Source of the DNA: an uncultured Verrucomicrobiae bacterium
GTDB taxonomy: Bacteria; Verrucomicrobiota; Verrucomicrobiia; Limisphaerales; Palsa-1400
Direction: 5' to 3'
Assembly: GCA_963764165.1 (NCBI GenBank)
Contig: CAVXRD010000001.1
Location: 320,001 to 384,000 of the forward strand
DNA: 64,000 nucleotides
Shown: piece by piece, positions 51,741-63,169 of the stretch
Numbering within the stretch: position 1 is the first letter of the stretch
Layout: each line of letters begins with the position of its first letter
The notes under the pieces: generated by a model
Databases searched by the model: none
Told to the model about the DNA's origin: nothing
The model's input: only the letters and a program-made list of their open reading frames with translations
Made by a program: the position numbers and the translations under genes

Positions 51741-53105
51741 ATGAAAGCCGTATTGCAATATATCGAGGACCACAAGAAACGCTTTGTGGATGAGCTGTGC
51801 GAATATCTCCGTTTTCCTAGCGTGTCCGCCCAGGAGCAGCACAAGCCGGACATGGCCGCTTGCGCCGAGTGGCTTGTCAAACATTGCCGGAACATCGGCC
51901 TGGAAGCGGAAATCCGCCCGACCGCCGGCCATCCCATCGTCCTCGCGAAGACAAAGCGCACGGGCAAGCCGGCTTATCTCGTTTACGGTCATTACGATGT
52001 CCAGCCGCCGGAGCCGTTTGAATTGTGGAAAACGCCGCCCTTTGAGCCGCGCATCGAAGGCCGCTCGCTTTTCGCGCGCGGCTCGTGCGACAACAAAGGC
52101 CAAAATCTCGCCCACCTGATCGCCGTCGAAGCTTACTGCAAGACGAACACGGAGCTTCCGTGCGACTTGACCTTCCTGATTGAGGGCGAAGAGGAAGTCG
52201 GCAGCAAACACCTCGAAGAATTCCTCAAGGCCAATAAAAAAGAGCTGGCGTGCGAAGCGGTCGTCATATCCGACACGGGCATGCCGAGCATCAAACATCC
52301 GGCGCTGACGTATGCGTTGCGCGGAATCATGGCTTGCGAAATCACGCTGCATGGGCCGTCGCGCGATCTGCATTCCGGTATTTTTGGCGGCACGGTCGAT
52401 AATCCGGCCATGGCCTTGAGCCAGATGCTCGCCAAATTGCGCGATAAAAACGGACGCGTCGCCATTCCGGGCTTTTACGACGATGTCGAAAAGCTCTCGG
52501 CTTATGAGCGCCAGCAGGCGGCGAAAATTCCAATGACGGAAGCGCAGTATAAAAAGCTGATGGGCGTCCAGCAATTGTTTGGCGAGCGCGGATTCACGTT
52601 CGTCGAACAGCGGAGCGCGCGTCCGACCATCGAAATCAATGGCTTGACCAGCGGTTATCAAGGCGAAGGCAGCAAGACGATCGTGCCCTCCTGGGCGCGG
52701 GCCAAACTCACTTTCCGCCTTGTGCCGAACCAAAAGCCGGAAAAAATCCGCAAATTAATCTTGAATCATTTGAAGGATATTTGCCCGCCGACAGTTCGGA
52801 TGGAAGCAACCTCGGGCCACGGTGGCGAGCCTTATTTGGTTTCGCCCAAAAGTCCAATGGCGCAAGCAGCGCTGCGGACGTTGAAGGAAGCGTTCGGCAG
52901 CGAGCCCATCATGATGCGCGAAGGCGGCTCCATTCCGATTGTAAACCAATTCAAGAAAGTGCTCGGCGCTGACTCGCTCCTGCTTGGCCTATCCCTGCCG
53001 GACGACAACGCGCATTCGCCGAACGAGAAATTTAATTTGGATTGCTTCGAGAACGGCGCGCGCATGGGGGCTTTGTTGTGGCAGGAACTGGCGAAGCTGG
53101 GATAA
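51741..53105 (+). CDS. M20-family dipeptidase
   Basis: YGHYDVQP, RGSCDNKG, EGEEEVGS, HSPNEK. Confidence 0.92.
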   Translation: MKAVLQYIEDHKKRFVDELCEYLRFPSVSAQEQHKPDMAACAEWLVKHCRNIGLEAEIRPTAGHPIVLAKTKRTGKPAYLVYGHYDVQPPEPFELWKTPPFEPRIEGRSLFARGSCDNKGQNLAHLIAVEAYCKTNTELPCDLTFLIEGEEEVGSKHLEEFLKANKKELACEAVVISDTGMPSIKHPALTYALRGIMACEITLHGPSRDLHSGIFGGTVDNPAMALSQMLAKLRDKNGRVAIPGFYDDVEKLSAYERQQAAKIPMTEAQYKKLMGVQQLFGERGFTFVEQRSARPTIEINGLTSGYQGEGSKTIVPSWARAKLTFRLVPNQKPEKIRKLILNHLKDICPPTVRMEATSGHGGEPYLVSPKSPMAQAALRTLKEAFGSEPIMMREGGSIPIVNQFKKVLGADSLLLGLSLPDDNAHSPNEKFNLDCFENGARMGALLWQELAKLG

Positions 53106-53184
53106 AGGCAGGGTCGCCGGGGCGTCCGGGTCGCGGCATTATATGTGCGCCGGTCCGGACGCCTCGGCGAGGCGTCCCTGCCTA
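53106..53184. repeat. Degenerate REP family A pair
   Basis: AGGCAGGG...GGCGTCC / GGACGCCTCGGCGAGGCGTCCCTGCCT. Confidence 0.8.
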
Positions 53185-53232
53185 TGATGCTTCATCGTTG
53201 CGCTGAAATGCGTTTCATATCATAATTCGCTT

Positions 53233-53511
53233 ATGGCAGTACCAACGGTTCCCGTCACATTGTCACCTGAGCAATTGGATGTGCTGAACAAGCAGCTTTC
53301 CCACATGCGCCATGAAATCAATAACCAGCTCTCGCTGATTGTCGCGGCGCTGGAACTGGTGCGCTTCAAGCCGGATATGCGCGAGCGCCTGCTGGAGACG
53401 ATGAGCCAGCAGCCTCCAAAAATCACCGCCGAAGTTGCCAAGTTTTCCGAGGAATTCGAACGCGCCTTCGGCATCACCCGCGACAGCGCTTCGGCGAAGG
53501 GTTTCTTTTGA
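53233..53511 (+). CDS. Small stand-alone HisKA/DHp-like protein
   Basis: H-box-like LSHMRHEINNQLSLIVAALELV; no ATPase domain. Confidence 0.65.
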   Translation: MAVPTVPVTLSPEQLDVLNKQLSHMRHEINNQLSLIVAALELVRFKPDMRERLLETMSQQPPKITAEVAKFSEEFERAFGITRDSASAKGFF

Positions 53512-53530
53512 GCCAAATCATTATTTCTAT

Positions 53531-53773
53531 ATGACAAAAACAGTCAGGACTTTGATCGTTTCAGCCGCCATGTCGGGATTGGTCGCCGGGGCCGTTGTCA
53601 GCGGTGGCTGTAATTCAAAGAAAGATTCCGGCGCAACCGCTGCGAGCCCATCGTCGGACAAGCACGATTGCAGAGGGATGAATAGCTGCAAAGGCAAGGG
53701 CGGCTGCAACAGCGGCGACATGGGCTGCAAAGGCAAGAACACCTGCAAGGGGAAAGGCGGCTGCAAAATGTGA
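53531..53773 (+). CDS. Exported Cys-rich peptide, bufferin (BufA2)-like precursor
   Basis: Signal/lipoprotein leader then CRGMNSCKGKGGC and CKGKNTCKGKGGC repeats. Confidence 0.75.
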   Translation: MTKTVRTLIVSAAMSGLVAGAVVSGGCNSKKDSGATAASPSSDKHDCRGMNSCKGKGGCNSGDMGCKGKNTCKGKGGCKM

Positions 53774-54687
53774 TCTCGCCGGGGCGTTTGTCCTCCCGCT
53801 GCGCTGCCCTTCTTCTCGCGCTGAGGTTGATGTCGAGTTTCACAGCTTCTGCGACTGACGCAATTCTCACTGTCGGCAAATCCAAAATTCATATTGACGC
53901 CGCCGCGGGCCGTTCAGTCACAGATTCCGACCTTTTGGATTGGGTCCAGCGCGCCACCTCTGCGGTGACAAATTATCTCGGGCGTTTTCCTGTCCGCGAC
54001 CTGTCTTTGGAAATCGCGCGCGGCGGGCGTGGCGCCGTCAACGACGGTGTCACCCATGGCGGAACGCGCATCACGATTCGCCTCGGACGCCGCGCGAAGG
54101 CTGGCGATCTGCGCAACGATTGGATGCTGACGCACGAGATGTTCCACCTCGCGTTCCCAACCCTTGACGACCGTTACAAATGGGCGATGGAAGGCCTCTC
54201 CGATTATCTCGAACCGATTTCCCGCGCCCGCGCAGGCCAACTCACGCCGGAGGAAGTATGGCGCGGGTTTGTCGAGGGACTTCCGCAAGGACTGCCCGGG
54301 CCCAACGACAAGGGCCTGGACGGATCAGAGAATTGGGGCCGCATTTATTGGGGCGGCAATTTGTTCTGGCTTTTGGCGGACATTCGCATTCGCGAAAAGA
54401 CCGGGGGCCGCCGCACCCTTGAGGATGCCATTCGCGCGATCCTCGACGCGGGCGGAAACGGAGACGCGAATTGGTCCATCGAGCGCGTCATAAAAGTCGG
54501 CGACCATGCCACCAAAACAAGCGTCCTCGAGGAATTGCATGAGGAATTTGGCCTGAAGCCCGGCGCAGTGGATTTGGACACGCTTTGGAAAAAGCTCGGC
54601 GTCAAATATAATGCGGGCGCCGTCACTTTCGACGACACCGCGCCGGACGCCGACATTCGCAGGGCGCTGACACGCTCTCCGAGGTAG
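53770..54687 (+). CDS. Gluzincin-type zinc metallopeptidase (M1/M61-like)
   Basis: HEMFH followed by WAMEGLSDY; YWGG; GTGA overlap with the peptide gene. Confidence 0.75.
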   Translation: MISPGRLSSRCAALLLALRLMSSFTASATDAILTVGKSKIHIDAAAGRSVTDSDLLDWVQRATSAVTNYLGRFPVRDLSLEIARGGRGAVNDGVTHGGTRITIRLGRRAKAGDLRNDWMLTHEMFHLAFPTLDDRYKWAMEGLSDYLEPISRARAGQLTPEEVWRGFVEGLPQGLPGPNDKGLDGSENWGRIYWGGNLFWLLADIRIREKTGGRRTLEDAIRAILDAGGNGDANWSIERVIKVGDHATKTSVLEELHEEFGLKPGAVDLDTLWKKLGVKYNAGAVTFDDTAPDADIRRALTRSPR

Positions 54688-54711
54688 GGCCTCGGCGAGG
54701 CGTCCCTACCT
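54682..54711. repeat. Collapsed REP family A copy
   Basis: AGGTAGGGCCTCGGCGAGGCGTCCCTACCT; supplies the TAG stop of the peptidase gene. Confidence 0.8.
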
Positions 54712-54778
54712 CGCTTCGCGACTTGCATGTTTTCGGATTTACCAGCTTGAGAGGCGGCTCGCCGTGCGCTAGCGTCCC

Positions 54779-55753
<975 letters not shown>

Positions 55754-55945
55754 GCAATTCGCCCCCCCGACAAAACCTATTCTGGACAATTCAGTTGCGC
55801 CTTCATCGGTCCGTGGCCGTGTAAGACTCAACTTTGGGAACGCTCTCAATTCAACCGTGTTATCGATTCAGAACCAATGATAACATCGGCTTGAATTTGA
55901 AAGAGTTAACCGAAATGCCGAAAGAATTTTGCCAAAGGTCCGGCA

Positions 55946-56407
55946 CTACTTCGCAGCCGGCCGCGCCGGGTCAGCCGCAGGTTTCCGCTTGTAAGTGGCA
56001 AGAAAATGGTTCGAACCAACGGGACTTTGAAACTCAGTCGGGCGAGGGCCGGGCCCAAGGTTGTAACAAACGCGGAGCGTGTCGCCCTTCAATTCATAGA
56101 TCGCGAGAATCTTTTTTCCAGCATTCGGGCCTTCCACACCGCTAATATCGAGCGTCTTCGGCTTCGCATCCGGATTGATAGCATAGGTGCCTTTGTCGAC
56201 AACCTCGGCGGTCACTTCATATTTTCCGTCGTCAATCTTCAGCGTGATGAGTTTCAAGGTGTCGGGGCTCATTCCCACGCCGCCAAGTTCAGCTTTGGTG
56301 GGTATCCAAGTGCCCTGAATCACCTTTGAGTCTCCGGGCCGGGGGCCGGCAGTGGCAGTCATCAGGGTTGACAGCAACAATATCGAGAGAAACGCGCGAA
56401 TTTTCAT
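55946..56407 (-). CDS. TIGR03067 domain secreted protein
   Basis: IQGTW, PKTLDI, GKKILAIYELKGDTLRVCY, RPTEF. Confidence 0.85.
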   Translation of the reverse strand: MKIRAFLSILLLSTLMTATAGPRPGDSKVIQGTWIPTKAELGGVGMSPDTLKLITLKIDDGKYEVTAEVVDKGTYAINPDAKPKTLDISGVEGPNAGKKILAIYELKGDTLRVCYNLGPGPRPTEFQSPVGSNHFLATYKRKPAADPARPAAK

Positions 56408-56592
56408 AGTTGGGTTTTGTGAAATCTTGGCTGCACGGACCTTCGAACGCGCAAAAGGTAGCCAATTTCCCGCCTGCCGGTCAAGAATGATCAGGCTGTC
56501 CGCGCAGCCCGGCTCAGAGGCAAATGCCGGCGTGGCGCCCCTGCCCTTAAATTCCTCTTTGAAGTTCGGGCAATGCGATTTAAATTCGTGGC

Positions 56593-57303
56593 ATGTTACG
56601 TCTGCGGGCCATTTCGCGCGCCGGCGGCCTTCTCGCGCTGGCCGCCTGCCTGAATGGCTGCATTCCGGGCGACCCGCGTGTGGATGAAGAAAAAGATCCA
56701 CACTTTCAACGCGGCATCACGCTGGTCAACGGGCTTGATTACAAGGGGGCGGCGGATGAATTTGAAAAAGCGCTCGAGGAGAATCCGCGTTCCGCTGCGG
56801 CGCACTTCGAACTCGGCTGCCTGTGCGACTCGATGAGCAACAGCGCGGCGGCCATTTATCACTATGAGCGCCACCTGGAATTGATGCCCAATTCCCCGCA
56901 CGCGGCAATGATTCAGCAGCGCATTCACGGCTGCAAACAGGATTTGGCGAAGTCAGAATTCCTTCCGCCCAACACGCAAAATCTCCAGCGCAAAGTCGAT
57001 GAATTGCTGGTGGAGAACCAATCACTAAGGGAGAAATTGGCGGCGGCCCAGCGGCAGCCTGGGATGGCCCAAGCCGCCGTCGAGCCTTCGCGGCCGGCGG
57101 TCGAGCCGGTGCGTTTGACACAAGCCGTCCAAAACGCCCAGGCTCTTCCCGCGGCTCGCCCAAAGACGCACGTCGTCCGCGAGCGCGAAACGATCAGCTC
57201 AATTGCGGCGCAATACGGCATCAAGGCCAGCGCAATTCTCGCGGCAAATCCGCGCATCGACCCTCGGCGATTGCATGTGGGCCAAAGCCTGCAATTGCCA
57301 TAA
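56593..57303 (+). CDS. TPR + coiled-coil + LysM putative lipoprotein
   Basis: LNGC lipobox, TPRs, HVVRERETISSIAAQYG...ANP...LHVGQSLQLP. Confidence 0.85.
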   Translation: MLRLRAISRAGGLLALAACLNGCIPGDPRVDEEKDPHFQRGITLVNGLDYKGAADEFEKALEENPRSAAAHFELGCLCDSMSNSAAAIYHYERHLELMPNSPHAAMIQQRIHGCKQDLAKSEFLPPNTQNLQRKVDELLVENQSLREKLAAAQRQPGMAQAAVEPSRPAVEPVRLTQAVQNAQALPAARPKTHVVRERETISSIAAQYGIKASAILAANPRIDPRRLHVGQSLQLP

Positions 57304-57307
57304 AAGC

Positions 57308-58123
57308 ATGCGATCACGGATTTTTTTCCTGGCCATCGTCTCCTTTTGGCTGGTGATGAATTACCTGCTTTACCGCTCCCAATGGGGCGCGCACAGCCGC
57401 CTTGGCAGCGAGATTCCGCCGGCCGTTGTCTGGGAAAAAATTCTCACCGCGCCGGACACGTCCTCGCTCAATATTTACGATCACAACAAGCGCATCGGCA
57501 TCTGCCACTGGATCGCAAACGTCGGAAATTCCCCCGTGGCCTCGAACAAACTTATTGACAACGAGTACACCCCAGATGGCGAGGATGAACAAGTCACGGG
57601 TTATTCGCTGATCTTTGAGGGCAACGCGGCGCTGGCCAACAGCAACCGGCTTGGCTTCGAGATAAATCTCGATCTGGCAACCAATCGCGATTGGAAGGAT
57701 TTTCATTTGCGAGTGAGCATTCGCCCGGATATTTGGGACATCCAGGCGGTGGCCGCCACGGAGAAAGTCATTCTGCGGATCGACGACAACCACACGCATT
57801 ACACGAAAAACCTGAGCTTTTCGGACCTGCGCAATCCTGAAGCGTTGTTGGCCGACCTCGGCGGACCGTCCGCATGGGCGGTGCCGGCTGGGGCCGGAAT
57901 CGCCCCGTCAAAGGAATCGGTTTCCAAAATGGTGGTCTCCGTGCAGTGGCAGGCGCACGAGGACTGGATTAATTTCGGCCACACCCGAGCGCGGGCCTAC
58001 CGCATCGAAACCGCCTTGCTCGGAAATCATATTCGGATTTTCACCAGCCGGGTCGGGGAAATTCTGTGGGTGGAATTGCCGAATGGCATCACGCTCCGCA
58101 ACGAGGCGTTTGAACATATTTAA
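57308..58123 (+). CDS. Membrane-anchored hypothetical protein
   Basis: N-terminal TM; operonic between the LysM gene and the ABC ATPase. Confidence 0.7.
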   Translation: MRSRIFFLAIVSFWLVMNYLLYRSQWGAHSRLGSEIPPAVVWEKILTAPDTSSLNIYDHNKRIGICHWIANVGNSPVASNKLIDNEYTPDGEDEQVTGYSLIFEGNAALANSNRLGFEINLDLATNRDWKDFHLRVSIRPDIWDIQAVAATEKVILRIDDNHTHYTKNLSFSDLRNPEALLADLGGPSAWAVPAGAGIAPSKESVSKMVVSVQWQAHEDWINFGHTRARAYRIETALLGNHIRIFTSRVGEILWVELPNGITLRNEAFEHI

Positions 58124-58866
58124 TGATCGAGCTCAAAAATCTCACCAAGAAATTTGGCGACCTGGTGGCGGTCGATGATCTAAGCCTGAAGGTGGAGCGA
58201 GGGGAATTCTTCGCGGTGCTGGGGCCGAACGCCGCCGGGAAAACGACGTTGATCCGTGTGCTCGCGGGTTTGCTGAAACCGACGGCCGGCACCGCGCGCG
58301 TGGCGGGATACGACGTGCAGGCCGATCCATTGGAAGCGCGGCGGCGGCTCGCTTACGTGCCGGATTTTCCGTTTCTTTACGACAAGCTGACGCCTTGGGA
58401 GTTTCTGCGCTTCACAGGACACGTTTTTCAAATGAGCGAGCACCATATCCAGGAGGCCAGCCGCGCGCTCATTCCGCGTTTTCATCTGGAGCCGTTCATC
58501 GGCCGCCCGATTGAAGGGCTTTCGCACGGAACGCGCCAGCGGGTGGCCATCGTATCAGCGCTGCTGCATGATCCGGAAGTTCTTGTTATTGACGAGCCGA
58601 TGGTCGGCCTGGATCCTCAGCACGCCCGCGTGGTGAAGGATGTTTTGAAGGAGCGCACGCTCAAGGGCGCGACGATTTTTCTTTCCACCCACCAGCTGAG
58701 CGTGGCGGAGGAAATGGCCGATCGCATCGGGATCATGTATCGAGGCAAAATGGTGGCCGTCGGCACGCGCGACGAATTGCGCCAGCGCGGAGGCCCCAAT
58801 GGCGGGCTGGAAGACGTTTTTCTTGCCCTTACCGCCGGCGGTTACGGACCGGCTGCGCCTGCTTGA
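58123..58866 (+). CDS. ABC transporter ATP-binding protein
   Basis: GPNAAGKTT, LSHGTRQR, IDEPMVGLDP. Confidence 0.92.
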   Translation: MIELKNLTKKFGDLVAVDDLSLKVERGEFFAVLGPNAAGKTTLIRVLAGLLKPTAGTARVAGYDVQADPLEARRRLAYVPDFPFLYDKLTPWEFLRFTGHVFQMSEHHIQEASRALIPRFHLEPFIGRPIEGLSHGTRQRVAIVSALLHDPEVLVIDEPMVGLDPQHARVVKDVLKERTLKGATIFLSTHQLSVAEEMADRIGIMYRGKMVAVGTRDELRQRGGPNGGLEDVFLALTAGGYGPAAPA

Positions 58867-59123
58867 TCCGGACCATGCCATAACCAGAAAGAATTTTGAC
58901 AGGATAACAGGATTTACAGGATGGATAACAAGATTGCCCTCCGAAGAGAAGCATCCGCATGCTTGCGGCCACGCCCTGCCGATGTTGTTAAAAAGGCTAG
59001 CGTGACCGTCTCGGTCGCCTCCGGTGGGCGTCCCGCCGACTGGCTCCGGCGGATAATGTGGTTCCACCTGCCTGGTGATTTAAATGCGGAAGCTCCCCAT
59101 TGCAACCGAATGGTCACGGCAGC

Positions 59124-60164
59124 ATGCCTATGACGCCGCCTGAAATATTCGCGTCAATTCTTCGCGACCCGAAACCGTTTCTCGCCCTGGCTCCCATGCA
59201 GGACGTGACGGATTTGGCCTTTTGGCGCGTCATCGCGCCGTACGGCGGCGCGGATGTTTATTGGACGGAGTATTTTCGGGTGCATGGCGACTCGCGTCCC
59301 GAGCGTTGGATACTTGACTCAATTATGCACAATCCAACCGGGCGGCCCATTGTGGCGCAGTTGATCGGGAACGACATTCCGGCGCTCACCCGCACCGCTC
59401 GTGAATTGCAGCGCCACCCCATCGCGGCGATTGATTTGAACCTCGGATGCCCCGCGCCGGTCGTCTACCGCAAGTGCGCCGGGGGCGGACTGCTGCGAGA
59501 ATTGCGAAAGACAGATGGAATCCTGGCGGCTTTGCGGGAGGCGGTCACGATCCCCTTTACTGTCAAGACTCGGATTGGATTTGAATCGCCCGGCGAATTC
59601 GATGCGCTGCTCGAATTATTTTCGCGCCACGCGATTGACCTGCTGACGGTTCATGGTCGGACTGTCAAACAAATGTACAGGCCCGGCGTGCGTTATGACC
59701 TGATTGCGCAGGCGGCGCGCGCGCTCAAATGCCCCGTGCTGGCCAACGGCAATGTTCATTCCGCAAGCCACGCGCTTTCAGTGCTCTCGGAAACCGGGGC
59801 GCGGGGATTGATGATTGGCCGCGGCGCCATTCGGAATCCGTGGCTCTTCCGGCAAATTCGCGAGCTGCAAGCAGGGCAGTCCGTTACGCTTCCGTCGGGC
59901 CGCGAGGTGCTCGCCTACATCCGCCAGCTTTGGGATTCACAGGTCACGCCCGACGCCAAAGAGCTTGCCCAAGTGCAGCGTTTGAAAAAATTCATGAACT
60001 TCATCGGCGAAGGCGTCGTTCCGGCGGAACCATTTCTGCACGACGTCCGGCGAGTCACGACGCGGGCGGATTTTTTCCGATTATGCGAAGATTACTTTGA
60101 TCACGACAGCCCGATGACACTGGAACCAACAGAAGCTGTATTCCCGGAAGAGGTCAGTAATTGA
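59124..60164 (+). CDS. tRNA-dihydrouridine synthase family protein
   Basis: [46 protein letters not shown]. Confidence 0.92.
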   Translation: MPMTPPEIFASILRDPKPFLALAPMQDVTDLAFWRVIAPYGGADVYWTEYFRVHGDSRPERWILDSIMHNPTGRPIVAQLIGNDIPALTRTARELQRHPIAAIDLNLGCPAPVVYRKCAGGGLLRELRKTDGILAALREAVTIPFTVKTRIGFESPGEFDALLELFSRHAIDLLTVHGRTVKQMYRPGVRYDLIAQAARALKCPVLANGNVHSASHALSVLSETGARGLMIGRGAIRNPWLFRQIRELQAGQSVTLPSGREVLAYIRQLWDSQVTPDAKELAQVQRLKKFMNFIGEGVVPAEPFLHDVRRVTTRADFFRLCEDYFDHDSPMTLEPTEAVFPEEVSN

Positions 60165-60864
60165 TGCTGGGCAGCGTCTGGCTGAACGTCATGTCAGCCG
60201 GGGTAAAATGCTTGTAATTTTTGACGTGCCAATCCGCAAAGAGCACATTCACCCGATTGTTGTGCGTCGGCGAACTGAGGCTAAACAGCAGATTAGTATC
60301 GTTGTCGTTAATATCCGCGTTGTTGGTGGGTGTGGGATAATTGACATCGCCGGATAGCACGTAGGCCGATGGGTACATGATGCTGCGGAGAATTACGCTC
60401 GATGGATTCCAGCCGGCACTCGCATTCGGATCGTCGGCGAAGGCAATGGACCCCATGAAATAATTGTAGCCAGAATGATTGTAAAACCCGGAAAAAGCGG
60501 GGCAGCGAAGAACATTGGTGTTGTTTCCGTAATAGGGCATCAGCGCCTTCGTCCAAGGCATGTTGGGGTCGTTCCAGCCGCCTTCGGCTGGACTGGATAT
60601 GCTGGCAAAGGAGGTCGGCAGCCGGTCATTCGCATCGTCCCCGTACATTTGCATAGACAAGCCAATCTGGCGAAGGTTGTTGACGCAGAAAATGGCCACG
60701 CCCTTTTCTTTGGCCCGGCTCAAGGCAGGAAGCAGCATGCTGGCAAGAATGGAAATGATGGCGATGACGACCAGCATTTCAATCAGTGTAAAAGCTCTCG
60801 CGGATCGTTTCAAAGTTACCTCGTTGTCTGATTCACTATAGGTCACCGAGCCAGCATTCGCCAT
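60154..60864 (-). CDS. Prepilin-type N-terminal cleavage/methylation protein with H-X9-DG-like tail
   Basis: [51 protein letters not shown]. Confidence 0.88.
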   Translation of the reverse strand: MANAGSVTYSESDNEVTLKRSARAFTLIEMLVVIAIISILASMLLPALSRAKEKGVAIFCVNNLRQIGLSMQMYGDDANDRLPTSFASISSPAEGGWNDPNMPWTKALMPYYGNNTNVLRCPAFSGFYNHSGYNYFMGSIAFADDPNASAGWNPSSVILRSIMYPSAYVLSGDVNYPTPTNNADINDNDTNLLFSLSSPTHNNRVNVLFADWHVKNYKHFTPADMTFSQTLPSINY

Positions 60865-60883
60865 AAGAATCCGGCCGCCGTCA

Positions 60884-61171
60884 TCACTTTTGCTTCGCCG
60901 CCTTGGCCTGCACCATTTCCAGCGTGTCCTGCAAAACAATCTGCTGATCCTTGTCCAGTTTCGCGGTGTAAGCGACCTTCTTCAACGGTTTCAAGGCGGC
61001 GACGTAATTGCTTTGGTCGATCATTTGGCACGCCTGCTCCATGTACTCCTTCGCGGCGGTCGATTGGAAGGTCGCCCGGATTTTGGCCGTATCGAGCGTT
61101 TTATGGGAACAGCCCACCGACGCCAGAGCGACAAATCCGGCCATGGTGAAAATGAAGATCAAACGTTTCAT
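60884..61171 (-). CDS. Small putative lipoprotein
   Basis: [21 protein letters not shown] leader; AGGAGG upstream. Confidence 0.7.
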   Translation of the reverse strand: MKRLIFIFTMAGFVALASVGCSHKTLDTAKIRATFQSTAAKEYMEQACQMIDQSNYVAALKPLKKVAYTAKLDKDQQIVLQDTLEMVQAKAAKQK

Positions 61172-61313
61172 CCTCCTTTCAACATAACACTGCCGCCCTA
61201 ATTTGTCTGTCTTTTTCAATGACACCGGAAAGCGGGCAATTTTACGAAATTTTAACTCCCTTTTTCCGCAAGGTTGACTTAGAACCTACGCGCGGTGGAG
61301 GAACTTTCATCGC

Positions 61314-62646
61314 ATGATGAAAGCCATCTTTGCCATCGCCTGTTCCAGCATCGCGCTAAACGCGATTGCACAGGAGACTGTAAAACCGACCGAGCCGGTC
61401 GAAGGGCCGACGACGGATCAATGGTGGAATTTTCACGCGGCCACCACAGAGGTAGGGCAGCTTCATCCCTCGTTTCCCGCTCAATACTCGGGGCCTAACA
61501 GCTTGAACAACAACTTTGAATCCGCTGAAACCGTCTCGGTGGACTTATATGCGGGGCTGCGGCTTTGGCGCGGGGCGGAATTTCACATGGACGCGCTGGC
61601 GTGGCAGGGCTTCGGCTTGAGCAAAACCTTCGGCATCGAGGCATTTCCCAGCGCCCAGGCTTACAAGCTGGGGGCGCCCGTTGGAAATTTCGCCATCACC
61701 CGCGCGTTCATCCGGCAGACGTTTAACTTCGAGGGGGAAATGCAGCCGGTCGCGAACGACCTTCTTCATTTGCAGGGCAAACAAAGCGATTCGCGCGTCG
61801 TCGTGACGGTCGGAGAAATCAGCCTGCTCGATATTTTTGACAACAACGCCTACGCCTCTGATCCCACCAAGCAATTTATGAGCTGGGCGCTGGTTGGGAA
61901 CGAAGCGTGGGATTATCCGGCCAACAGTCTTGGCTTTACCACGGGCCTGGCGGGCGAACTTTATTTGAAGGATTGGGCCGTCCGCTACGGATTCTTCCAG
62001 ATGCCGAAGCAGGCGAACGGCCTCGCGATGGACATGGCTTACACAAAGGCGTGGGGCATGGTGACGGAACTCGAGCGCCGATTCCGCCTCTACGATCACC
62101 CAGGCGCAATCCGGCTGCTGGCCTATCTGAACAGCGCGCACATGGGCAGTTACGAGGAGGCAGTCGACTCTGGCATCCGACCCGCGAATATAGATTTGAC
62201 ACAAACTTACCGCGTCAAATACGGCTTTTGCCTCAATTTCGAACAGGAGATTTGCAAGGACATTGGCTTCTTCACGCGCCTCGGCTGGAGCGATGGCCAC
62301 TCGCAAGCCTGGGTCTACAGCGACGTAGACCAGCAGGCTTCGATGGGCGTGAGCCTCAACGGCGATTTATGGAAACGCCCGAATGACACCTACGGTTTGG
62401 CCGGCGTGATCAGCGGCGCCTCGAAAATCCACCAGGAATTTCTCGAGGACGGCGGGCTTGGAATTTTGGCTGGCGATGGCGCGTTGAATTACGGTTTGGA
62501 ACAGGAATTGGAGACTTACTACAATTTCCAGGTCTACAAAAATCTCCACTTGACCGCCGATTACCAGTTCATCATCAATCCGGCCTTCAACCGCGACCGG
62601 GGACCGGTTTCGGGTACTGGGCGGGCGGGTGCATTGGGAATTTTAG
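61314..62646 (+). CDS. OprB-like carbohydrate / Mn2+ porin family protein; apparent +1 frameshift near the 3' end
   Basis: AWDYPAN, GILAGDGALNYG, NPAFNRDRGPV; removing one G at 62612-62614 gives PVSVLGGRVHWEF* with terminal Phe. Confidence 0.85.
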
Positions 62647-62656
62647 AAATCACTGC

Positions 62657-62829
62657 TACTCCAAGATTGAGTCCAAGTCCCGTGCGCCATGGGCGATGGC
62701 GATGATTCGACCGTCTCAAATGCTGCTTCGACAAATCTCCGGGCCGCTTCGGCGTTGCTGCGCGGCGATGTGATCGGCAATCGCATCAATGTTGTCGGCG
62801 GCGGCTTCCGAAAAGACGAAATTACCCAT
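62657..62829 (-). pseudogene. ParE-like toxin remnant
   Basis: MGNFVFSEAAADNIDAIADHIAA, frameshift, then NAEAARRFVEAAFETVE, then truncated. Confidence 0.65.
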
Positions 62830-63093
62830 TTCCTCCGCGGGCCTTGTGTTTTCTGCGCAAGCGAGCAAACACGTCTCTGCCATCAATTCCTTCGCCTCGA
62901 TCTATTGATTCCATTGCAGCAACCAATTTCTCTTCCAGTTCCGCCTTTGAGCTAACCGTAAAACGCTTCAACAACTCCTCCTTCTCCAGCAACCGCAACC
63001 CATCGCGCCAGACCTCGCTGGCGGTCTGGCAATCGCCGCTTTGAACCCTGCCTCAACAAATTGCTCCCACTTTTCTCCGAGTGATACAATCAT
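62822..63093 (-). pseudogene. ParD1-like antitoxin, frameshifted
   Basis: MIVSLGEKWEQFVEA, shift, then VQSGDCQTASEVWRDGLRLLEKEE...IDRGEGIDGRDVFARLR. Confidence 0.7.
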
Positions 63094-63169
63094 AGGCGTT
63101 TTGATTAAATCGTTAAGATCAAGATGCCGAATAACAAAAATGCGCAAGCAGTGTTATTGGCCGCGTTGA

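Noticed and set aside
58123..59100. ABC ATPase lacking an adjacent permease as a novel system
   Set aside because: The partner may be the upstream membrane protein or be encoded elsewhere; no positive evidence
60225..60265. H-X9-DW instead of H-X9-DG
   Set aside because: Single substitution in a large variable paralog family; too weak to interpret
62612..62705. Porin with an extended C-terminus
   Set aside because: One extra G in a GGG run explains it; the corrected end VHWEF* is a canonical beta-barrel terminus, probably an assembly error
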